Position numbers and translations under genes: made by a program. This document shows, piece after piece, positions 27,860 to 38,086 of a stretch of DNA of 64,000 nt. The DNA is taken from the NCBI RefSeq assembly GCF_009914755.1, contig NC_060938.1. One strand, 5' to 3'. The notes beneath the pieces are model-generated. The model saw only the letters and a program-made list of their open reading frames with translations, was not told the DNA's origin and did not search any database. The DNA comes from the human T2T-CHM13v2.0 reference genome, Homo sapiens. How positions within the stretch are numbered: the stretch's first letter is position 1; each line of letters starts with the position of its first letter.

Positions 27860-30800
27860 CAATGAAAGTACTCAGAACTGGCCTAGGTTGAGGTAGTGTG
27901 AGAAGGTAAAAGGGGATAAGGCAGGTTGCTTCATACAAATCCCATTCGTGGGAAAAATCAGGAATTCCAAATCATGATTCCCATGCCTTTGTCAGAATGC
28001 CTGTCACTTTACAGTTTGAATGCCGTTTCTAAATAAACAGTAGCTCTCCTATTTGTGTGGGCTGGTTGCTTTGCGGGCAAAGGCCACAGCCATGGGTTCT
28101 GGCCCTGCAAAAATATGCAGACTACATATTTTGGGGGCCATTTCTGTGATCAGGGAATCACAGGAAATCAGGGGCCCCATATGTCACCCATTTACCAATC
28201 CAAGCCAAACCTAAAGTCACAGGTAGAAAAAGGTGTTTACAAATGTTAAGAATCAAGAAAGCAACACTTGATATCACCAAACCACCTCAAAAAAAAAAAT
28301 CTGGCATGACTCATTTCTGATCTTTGCTCAAAAGAAACCTAATTCAAAGAAGCATATTTTTTAAAAATGTCAGTAATTGCCAATGATAAAACTGAATGAT
28401 AAAAACCTGATGTGAGAGCTTAATGATGCTACATTCACTTTCTTTTGCATACAGTGCATGTGGCTACATCTCTTTCAGGAATGTGCAAATTGACGGTTCA
28501 TGCCTCAACTGTCTGATCACTAATCATTGCTTAATATCACTGCTTCTGCCTGAACCTGAACCTGAATGTGAACCTGAGTGGGACACTAGGCATCCTAGGA
28601 GCTACTGTTAAGAACTGGCATGGCACCATCAGCTTGTGGTGGTGGTGGTCTGTGTGTGCCGGTGTACGGTTTTGAGCTGGTTTGTCTTTCTTTTGAAAGA
28701 AAAAACTGTCCCTTATATAATATTTTTGCATTGTAGCTCTATATCCAGAAATCTGTGAGACGTTCTTATTAGTATGTTGTACTCCTGAAGGTCATCCCCT
28801 TTTACAAATCCCTGCCCCCAGCAAGTGGGCTGACACTTACAATTACAATGACATTAATAATAAGAGTTATGACTAAAAGTGAGCAAAAGTATTGGCCAAG
28901 GCTTATGGACTTCATTTGAGGCTTAATGTGGCACTTTGATTTTTCATTCAACTTTTCTTTTAGGAATTACTTTGCTAAACATATCCAGATTGTCTTTTGT
29001 GCTTAATACTATTATTATTTGTTATTTACTGCTACTGATAACTAACAGAAGTAACTGGCCTAAACTTTAAGTTACTGAAACTTGAAATAAAATTTTTTCC
29101 TTGCCATTTATATATGTAGTGGTTTTATGAAGCTCCTTGCCTTCTAATAGCACTGAGGAACTAATCAATATATTCTCTGATTTGTTGACTTATTTTGTAT
29201 TCATTCATTTAGTCATTCAGTAAATACAGAAGAAACATCTACTATTCAGAAACCTTTTCAAGGAATTATTCCAAATCAAGATCTACTTTTAAAACCTTGC
29301 TAAAAAGACAATGTTTGCACTCTGAACAATGAAGTTCTGATCTATTAGAAATAAAAAAGAAAGGCTTGAGTTCTCAAATTCATCTCAACATAGACTCCAT
29401 AAAGATTATATAACTGGAAGTAAATACCAGCAGTCTTTACCCTACAATGTTTGATCAGTGTCCAGATATCTTTATTTCCTATGGCCAGATTTTATACATT
29501 GATCCTTACAATTATCATAGGTAGGGTTAGACTAAATGCTCATTTCAAATAAATATTACTATATATGTCTCACAGTAAAGAGAATCTTTTGGAATGGCAA
29601 AAGTCTCTGTTGATTAGGTTTTCCTGGTAGTCTTGCAATGGATTCCCTGAAATATAAACTAAAACCAATGTTAATATCACATGTATTCACTATGTAAGAC
29701 TAAATCTATCAAGTATCTATCAGTAACTAGCAATAAAAATTCTGTTGTGGTGTTTTGAATCTGGAATTGCTTATACTTTTATGAAGCTTATTGATTCAGA
29801 CACTATTTTAATAAATATTAATAATAAATATTTAGTAAATGAACATATGCTAGAGCCAGGCATCACACTAAGTCCTAGGGGTATAATTCCAAATGAAATG
29901 GACATTCTCTTTGTCTTCATAGAACTTGGAATTCTGTAGGTTGTAATCATAATTTTTTTTTCAATTTTGACCCCATGAAAATAACCACAGACTAGTTTCC
30001 TTTTAAAGAAACAGAAAGCCAGCCATCAGGCAACTCTGAGAGCCACCTACAACTCTCTTGCTTAGATATTCTTGAGTTTGTTTCTCCATAATGGGGACAT
30101 TACTTACAGCTTTCTATCTGAGGTTTTCATGACACCAGAGAGATGAGCCATAAAGAAATACCCTTGGCTGTTCAAACAGAAAAGCAAAGCAAAACAGAAA
30201 ACAAACAAACAAATTTTATCATTCACATTCTCTTGCAGTCTAAAGGACATCATTTTTGAAATTCAATTCTCCCTTACCCCTGACCTTTCTCCACTTCCCA
30301 TTATGTTCCCTGGATAAATCATCCCTTTGAATGGTTTTTTTTTTTCTATCTTTCAATTGTCTGGAGCATTCCTGCTGTGTCTGGGCATAGATCTCTTCTT
30401 TGGTATTTGATTAATTTCATGCACTTGACCTAACTAAGAAGCTGGACTGTACTTTGGACATACTTCAGTTGGCAAAATTAAATAAAACCCTAACCAGAGA
30501 AGCATAAGAATCATTAAAGCCAAAGTTTCTCATTAGCATTGACAGAAATTCAGATTTTTCCCAAATCGGTAATAGAACAGAAAGTACTAAAATTGTCAAA
30601 GGTACAGACCACAATGCAAAAAAATAAGGAGAGAGACTAGAGAGTGGATTCATACAGAGGGAGGCTGGGAAGGTTCACAGGATCTGAGCAGGGTCTGTGG
30701 AGAATTCCAAATGAAAAGTTTTTAATCATCTCCACTCCCTATCGCCACTTTGCGAGTTGCCATTATTGCATAGACCAGAGTACCTTTGAGTGAGGGGAAT

Positions 30801-32279
30801 AAAAGGAATACAGTTCATTTTGTAACTAAAGATTAGAAATAGTTTTGCAATTATCTCCTTTCCTAAGTCACACATAAATCATTCAACTGCGAATCCAGAT
30901 TGCTTTGTTAGGATTTAACTTAGTTCAAATGAACAGGCATAAACACGACTTGAGATGGAAAAAATCGTTTTCCTCTCATGAAAATCAACTTAGTCTGCTA
31001 GCCTAATTATCTGAATCTGTTGCTCCCTTCAGACATTGAGAATTCGATTACAGCATGGCTCTCAATCTTAGTACCCATAGAAGTGGAAGCTAACAAAACA
31101 TGGTGAGATAGACACTATGCTCCTTGGCATCCTGCTTTTAGCTGGCAACTTGAATACATTGTCCAGCATTGTTGGTCCTTTCCTGCCCACAGGTGCAGAT
31201 CTGAGAAGCTCCAGGTTCCAGACAGGCATTCTGCCCACATCTGTGGGATATGTACCACTTTGCACTCCAAGATGAGTTTTGTGGTTGGCATTTTTCTCCC
31301 ATTTTCTACAGATAAAGCATCTCTTAACTGATGAATAGAAGTGGGCTTCCATTTCCTTCTCTATTACTCTTTTAAGAGATCTGGTGACAGGACTGAATTC
31401 CCGCTAATTCTCAGATGGACTGCCTGCTCTCTGCACCATGTCAGTGGTCCCAAATGACCTAGAAAGATAAATAGGTAGTGGTTCCCTCCTTCAAATATTC
31501 AGCATGACATGATACCACTGTGGATAGCAGAGACTCTGGCTCCCTGGTCGACGGTGGAGATGTGTTCTGGGGATTTTGGAATGCTGGTACCCTAGCCAAG
31601 GAGCACAACAATTCAGGAATGCGGTAGCTGTTTTTAGTGGCTCATGCATTTAAGCATCAGGCCTGCTTGTCTCTATAACAACTTTAAGTCTGTTTTTGTT
31701 GCCTAACTCTAAAAGTTAAAGAATTCTATGCATTTCTGTATGCATCAGATTTATTTAGTCTCTCTTCCAACCAGCAGATAAAGCGTTTCTCCAAAGCAAA
31801 CTGCCAGCCTCTCACTTGTCTCATGATTGAACTTCAGGGATTGAAGCTGTATTCATTAATCCCCTTCTTACTCAACAAGGATTTATAACACATTTTCTAT
31901 GCACTAAGCGCTAAAGAATAGACTCTGAAAGCTAGAAACAGCTCCAACAAGTCACTTATTTAGAAGGGTCCAAAAAATATGCTTGCTATTTTAAATCTCT
32001 AGAAGAAATTTTAAAGCCCCATCTCTGGAAAAACTGCCCTAAAAGTGAATCCCACCAAAGTCAAGAAATTCTTTCTATGGCCCAAAACCATTCTTGATCC
32101 AAGTTCTGCCTCACTGCCTTGAATGAAGATGGATAATAATAACTTCAGCATAATTCATGGATAATTCTGTATATTCATTGTTATTGAGTTACCAATTCCT
32201 CTTTTCATCTAGCTAAAAGTCTATAGTGTTTTTATGTTTACTTGTGGTACTATTCTCTTATTCCTTTAATCAAATTAGC

Positions 32280-32480
32280 TGTTTTTATTCAACAAGTATT
32301 TACTGAGTGGTCAGGGAAAGCTCCAGAGAAGATGACTAATTGAACTGCATCCTTAAAGGAAAGGTAAGATTTGGACAGACTGAAAGGACACAGAATGGCA
32401 TTCTAGGAGAGGAACTAGTACAAACAGAGGCATAGGAGTAAAACAAATCAATAAATTGAGTGAGGGTAGAGTGAGGTGCT
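32280..32480 (-). mobile_element. L2 fragment
   Basis: attcaacaagtatttactgagtg...gaactgcatccttaaagga...ggcattctaggagaggaacta. Confidence 0.6.
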
Positions 32481-32635
32481 GAATGGAAAGAAACAGACAG
32501 GTATGAGAACTCTGCAATAACCCAGTTCTTCCCTAGATGAGTATTCACTTTCTTCCAGGAAGACAGGATGATCTTCTCTGTGGAATTCTCTTGAAGGCTT
32601 TTTAGATTTAGGAGTTTCTTTTTGTCAAGGCTATT

Positions 32636-32954
32636 TTATTTTTATTTTTATTTTTTTTTTAATTTTAAAGAGTTTATTTGAGCCAACAGTGATTCACAAA
32701 TCAGGCAGCCCCAAATCACAAGTAGTGTGGGCTCTAACCAGGTAGGAATCGGGGAAAACTTTTATAAGGTGTTTCCAGAAGTAAGACAGAAAATATTTAA
32801 TTGGTTAAAGTAGAACACCCCTAGTTGGAGATTAGTTGGCAGTTTCTTATTGATAAAATTTCTAGTTAGAGGTTAGTTTGTGGTTTCGTGGTTTCTGATT
32901 GGTAGATACTCTAATTAGATGTTAATTGGCAGTTCTGATTAGATAAGCTTAAAC
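32636..32954 (-). mobile_element. Partial ERV1-class LTR (MER67/MER66/MER87-like) with A-rich 3' tract
   Basis: Minus strand has repeated ccaatcagaaac/aactaacctctaactag units, TTATAAAA, and gctgcctgatttgtgaatcactgttggctcaAATAAActcttttaaaatt. Confidence 0.7.
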
Positions 32955-33506
32955 TTTTTTTTATTTTATTATTATTATACTTTAAGTTTTAGGGTACATG
33001 TGCACAATGTGCAGGTTAGTTACATATGTATACATGTGCCATGCTGGTGTGCTGCACCCATTAACTCGTCATTTAGCATTAGGTATATCTCCTAATGCTA
33101 TCCCTCCCCCCTCTCCCCACCCCACAACAGTCCCCAGAGTGTGATGTTCCCCTTCCTGTGTCCATGTGTTCTCATTGTTCAATTCCCACCTACGAGTGAG
33201 AATATGCGGAGTTTGGTTTTTTGTTCTTGCAATAGTTTACTGAGAATGATGATTTCCAATTTCATCCATGTCCCTACAAAGGACATGAACTCATCATTTT
33301 TTATGGCTGCATAGTATTCCATGGTGTATATGTGCCACATTTTCTTAATCCAGTCTATCATTGTTGGACATTTGGGTTGGTTCCAAGTCTTTGCTATTGT
33401 GAATAGTGCCGCAATAAACATACGTGTGCATGTGTCTTTATAGCAGCATGATTTATAGTCCTTTGGGTATATACCCAGTAATGGGATGGCTGAGTCAAAT
33501 GGTATT
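32955..33506 (-). mobile_element. Young 5'-truncated LINE-1 (L1PA2-like)
   Basis: Near-consensus L1PA 3'UTR with the non-Ta GAG diagnostic (cattaactcgtcatt). Intact ORF2 C-terminus in track ORF 33179-33529 (AIPLLGIYPKDYKSCCYKDTCTRMFIAALFTIAKTWNQPKCP...). Confidence 0.95.
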
Positions 33507-33950
33507 GTAAGCAATAGAAACGCACTCAAATTAGCTAAGGAGAAAAGGATACTTTATTATAAGAATCAGGAGTATCACAGTTAACCTGAAGGCTGGAGGC
33601 AATGGTCCTGACAAGAAACAGGACCAGAAGGTGGCTATTCTCTCTCTCTCTCTCTCTCACACACACATACACACACACACATACACACACACACAGAGTT
33701 CTGTTTCTCCCTACATATCAGACTCATCCTTCTCTCTCAACATTCATCTGCTCCTCCAAGTACCTGTTTGCCTCCACAACTCCTGACCATACAAGCCTCT
33801 AGTCCCAGAAGAGAGTATACAGGATCAACATAACCCAATTCCAATCAACAGGAAAGATAATCCAATTAGCCCAGCTGTGGTCAGAGCTCCACCCTGCATC
33901 CACCAACCATGGCCCAAGTAGGATTAAATAATGCAAAAGTGGCGCTGCAT
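33507..33950 (-). mobile_element. MLT1 (J/K/L-like) LTR relic
   Basis: gtaagcaatagaaacgcactcaaattagctaagg...tttattat resembles the old MLT1 reverse start. Confidence 0.6.
33639..33695 (+). repeat. Compound (TC)n(CA)n microsatellite
   Basis: Direct observation. Confidence 0.93.
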
Positions 33951-34169
33951 ACCCAGTTGCAAATGAGTAGGCTCATTCTCAGAGAATATGCAGTTGTGGT
34001 CTCAGACACCAGAAAGAAACAGTCATATGAACATTCCTGAAAAGTGGACTGAAGAGAATTTACATGTTTTCAATTAAATGTTTCATTTGCTTTGGTAATA
34101 CAGTCTGGGTGGGCAGAATGCCGTGTGTGAAACTCAGTGAAGGACCCTTCACTGAGCCAGGGATGTGAG

Positions 34170-34530
34170 CGGCCCCACACTATGGGGAATAGTGAAGGAA
34201 CTGAAGCTGCCCTTCTAGAGAAACAAAGACTTCAAGAAGATCTGCTGCTGCTGCCTTTCTTCAAATGCTTGATGGATCATCATTTTGAAGACAGATGAGT
34301 CTCTAGCGGAAATAACCAGGTCAGTAATAGAACAGCCTGGAAATGATGTGATGGCCTTGAGGTTAGTGAATTTTCTATCAAGAAAGGGATTTCAAAATTG
34401 TGGAAACAATAATTTTATGTGATGTTTATAGAGATAATTCAAGTGTCCAATAGAGGATTAATTACATGACTTACATTTAGCTACAGACCTGTAATTAGAT
34501 GGCCTTCCAATCCTCAAATTTAACAATTTT
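34170..34530 (+). mobile_element. L3/CR1 LINE 3' relic
   Basis: gtgaaggaactgaagctg...ctagagaaacaaagact...cttcaaatgcttgatgg...ggccttccaatcctcaaattt. Confidence 0.6.
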
Positions 34531-34649
34531 TCTAATCATCAGTCAAGGCCTATCTTAGAATACACAAGAAGAAAGGATCTTTCAACAACAGGCATTCAAG
34601 AAGAGCTCTTAACATTGAGAGACAGGAAATCTGGGCAACACAGTCTAGT

Positions 34650-34912
34650 TCATTCTCAAACTCAACTCCATGGCATGTTAGCACCCATGGGGTATCTATA
34701 GGTATTCTACAAACACAAGACCTACTGTCAAGTAAATGCTACTTAAATAAAGCAAAACAGGCTTCTTTACTGCAGGATATTGCAGAGCCTTTAATAAGTT
34801 GATGTTTATCATGAATCTCCAGTAGATGAAATACACTAAACAATGTTTCCCAAACTTATCTGACCACAATGAGGACTTAATGGCATCACCTAGCACATTA
34901 ACTTCCCTGAAA
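34650..34912. mobile_element. hAT-Charlie relic (MER103-like)
   Basis: ttctttactgcaggatattgcagagcctttaata...gtttcccaaacttatctgaccac...tttaggaaatgctg. Confidence 0.6.
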
Positions 34913-34949
34913 CAAGAGTTTAGGAAATGCTGGTATAGCTCTGGTGCCT

Positions 34950-35125
34950 GATTCTATCCCTTTTTTGTGTCACATATCCTTTTGAGAACCAGGTAAAAGC
35001 TATAATACCCTTCCACTCCCACCAATGAAAAATAAACATGCAAAAATGCACACCAAATTGTGCACATAACTTCAAGGTGGGTCGCAGACTCTAGTGACTC
35101 ATCCATGGATTCTTAGGTTTTCCTG
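34950..35125. mobile_element. hAT-Charlie MITE (Charlie4z-like)
   Basis: gtcacatatccttttgagaaccaggtaaaagcta...aaaaatgcacacc...catccatggattc. Confidence 0.55.
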
Positions 35126-35434
35126 AACATCAAGTAATAAATCCCTATCCATAATTTTCTCTACCTTCATACATCCCTAAAGGGTCATAAAATAAAGGCA
35201 CAAGTCTTCTTTATTGCATTGTTTGTGCAAGTTGTACACAATTTTCTCTAGACACACCTTAGCGCTATCCCTCAGTACATACCACCTGAAAGAGGGCAGG
35301 ACTCCTACAGCCTCTGGGACACCTCCCAGTTTATCTTCTCTCAGTTGGACTCTCATGCAACTGAGTTTGGATCTTTCCAAACCAGAAGTCCTATTTAACG
35401 TGGTGAATAAAAAGATGTTTGAAGTACATTTTGC

Positions 35435-35652
<218 letters not shown>

Positions 35653-35981
35653 TAAGATAAAGTTTTTTCTAACACATAAAAAAGTCTGGAGAACTAAGTA
35701 AGTGTATTATTCTTATTCTACTATGCGGATCATCAAGAAATGCCATTATTTATAAAAACATGATCTTGGAGGCAGAGAAGCCCCTCTTTATTTTTTTACA
35801 AAAGGGTTCTTCTTGGCCACATTTCTGGGTACCACCAGAAAAATGAAATATCTGGGGACAGGTATAAGATGAACAAGTGAAATAGCACAGGGCAAACAGT
35901 TCAGATCAAATGAGTTGTGTAAACCAGAGGTTATAAAATAGCATAGGTAAAAAGAACAAGTTTATCGTTTCAAAATTACTT

Positions 35982-36015
35982 CACTTGATCTTAGCCAAAA
36001 AAAACAAAAAGTGAC
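35982..36015 (-). pseudogene. 3'-truncated (tailless) U2 snRNA retropseudogene, about U2 nt 1-33
   Basis: cacttgatcttagccaaaa is the exact reverse complement of U2 TTTTGGCTAAGATCAAGTG; the 5' part has decayed. Perfect 16-bp TSD tttcaaaattacttca (35968-35983 / 36018-36033). Confidence 0.88.
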
Positions 36016-36799
36016 TATTTCAAAATTACTTCAGTCCTATAAAAAATGAAGAGTCTTAAAATGGACATTAAAAGGGCCTAACTCCAGTGCGTGCATGTGG
36101 AAGCCAGATATATTACTTCTTGTGCATCTGTCATTCATTTTATAATTGAAGCTTATGAATACCCCAGTTGAAAAACAAATGGCTTATATCAATGGGAATG
36201 ATTTAGTTTTTATTTTTATCAGAGTTAGTACATGTTAATAATTTTTTCTTAAAGTAATAGTTGTTTGCACATTATAAGCACATGTCTTGTGCTTTCCTTA
36301 TAAGGATATCCAATGAAAAATTTTTTCTCTTTGGCCTCCTTATAGTCAGCATATTTCCATTTGTACGAGAAGCAAGTAGTCATTTGAAGTCATGGAGAAA
36401 TGTCTGTTTGACTAACAGATGTCTATGCTGGAGTAAGCAGGAAGTCTTACAGTTCCTTCCCAATACAAAGGCCCACTTATGATAAAAGAAAAGACCAAAC
36501 AGCTTGGGGATAAATAAGGCAGTTTCTATTCCAACAAACATCTGTTCTAAACCTGCCACAAAGGTGGAACCAAGGAAATCCCTAGTACCTCATAATTAAA
36601 TGCATTTTTCTTTCTTTTACCCCTTTCCTACCCTCTCGGTGACCATTCTCAACATTACTGAAAATCAGCCAGAATATTGCTTTATTTGTTCCACCACTGA
36701 TACTTTAATCTGGAATGCTTAAGAGCCAACCTCTAGCTATAAGGAAGCAAGTCTGCTCAGAAAGTGATGAACTCTGTGACCTGGAGATTAATTTAAAAT

Positions 36800-37240
36800 A
36801 CAGTTTAGTCATTTATTGAGCACCACTGTATGCAATTCACTGTTCTAGGCACTCTGGATACAAACATGTGCATGGTGGGCATCCCTTATCGGTAAAGACA
36901 GCCAATCAATGCGTACTCAAAGAAGCGAATAAGTTAATCTTACAAAGTGATAAAACAAAATAAGGTGATATGATAGCAAGTAACTGACAGAAGATAGAGA
37001 GGAGGCTAATTTAGAGTGGGTCATATGTGGAGGTGAATGTGTACAGAATGCCAAGGAGCAGTCTGCCTTCTGCAGATCTAGGACAGAGTGTTCCAGAAGG
37101 AGAAAACTTCAAGTACCAAGGACCTGAGGTGGAAACAAACTTGGTCTGTTCAAACAACAGAATGAATGCTCAAGTGGCTGGAGCATAGTGAATGAAGGGA
37201 AAGTGAGAGGTGATGAGTCAAGAGGAAGGCCAAATAGAAA
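36800..37240 (-). mobile_element. L2 3' region
   Basis: atttattgagcaccactgtatgcaattcactgttctaggcactctggataca...gtggctggagcatagtgaatgaaggg. Confidence 0.78.
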
Positions 37241-38086
37241 TTACAACCCAGAAATCATAAGGGAAAAAGACAACTGTGGCCCTAAATAAAGGCAAATGTT
37301 ATGCCATCTCCTCAGCTAAGCGAACAAAATAATTACCCAGAAGGTGATACAAATCTCATTTTTTGTCACCTAGAAATAATGCAAATCTATGATAGTGGGA
37401 TCCTAAACAAATGTTCCAGAAAGGGACTTTTTAATAATATAGCGCAGACTAGACCTGTCCTCATCAATAGGTACTTTCTTCTTCTCTAGGGTAAGGTTTG
37501 TCCAGAAAGTGGTTTGCTCCATTCCTTTTCTCAGGTAGCAAATGCCCATTCATTCATCACCTCCTTTGCACCCTGGAACCTGGGTGTTCCATATTACCAG
37601 AGCGATAAGATGCAAGCTCTGGCCTTAAAGGATTATTCTGGAAGTTTGCCAGACCACTGGATTGTTTCCCAGTGCTCTGCAGAATGAGCACATTGTTTCT
37701 AGGTACAGTTAACATGGATTATTATCAGAGAGCTGGTTCACCCTAGATGAATTAATGAATTCTGACACCATACTTCAGATTACTGTCTTTTGCTAACCTT
37801 TTTGTAGCCTCTAAAAAAATTGAAATGAGACAAAATCTGGTATCCCCTCCTCCATATTAGGCCAGGCTCTATTCCACTCCAAGTAGCAATCACCAAAGGG
37901 AAGAAAAGGTACCAGGTAAGTAAAGAATGAAGAGGGAGATTTTCACCAAAGAAACTTTTACAGTTTTAGGAGAGCATATATATTTATATATTAACTAAGT
38001 AAAAGGCAGAGAACCTGGGCAACATGGTCTAGTTCAACAGCCTAGAACTAACCAGTTTAATTCAAATATACACACATACACACCCA

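Noticed and set aside
27947-27985. Notch sequence-paired site (SPS)
   Set aside because: The spacer between the inverted RBPJ-like sites is 23 bp, outside the canonical 15-17 bp.
33179-33529. 116-aa ORF as a host gene
   Set aside because: It is the C-terminus of L1 ORF2p in a 5'-truncated copy, extended into flank.
37470-37500. Recursive splice site at ttcttctctagggtaagg
   Set aside because: An extra G separates AG and GTAAG, so it is not a true AG|GT juxtaposition.
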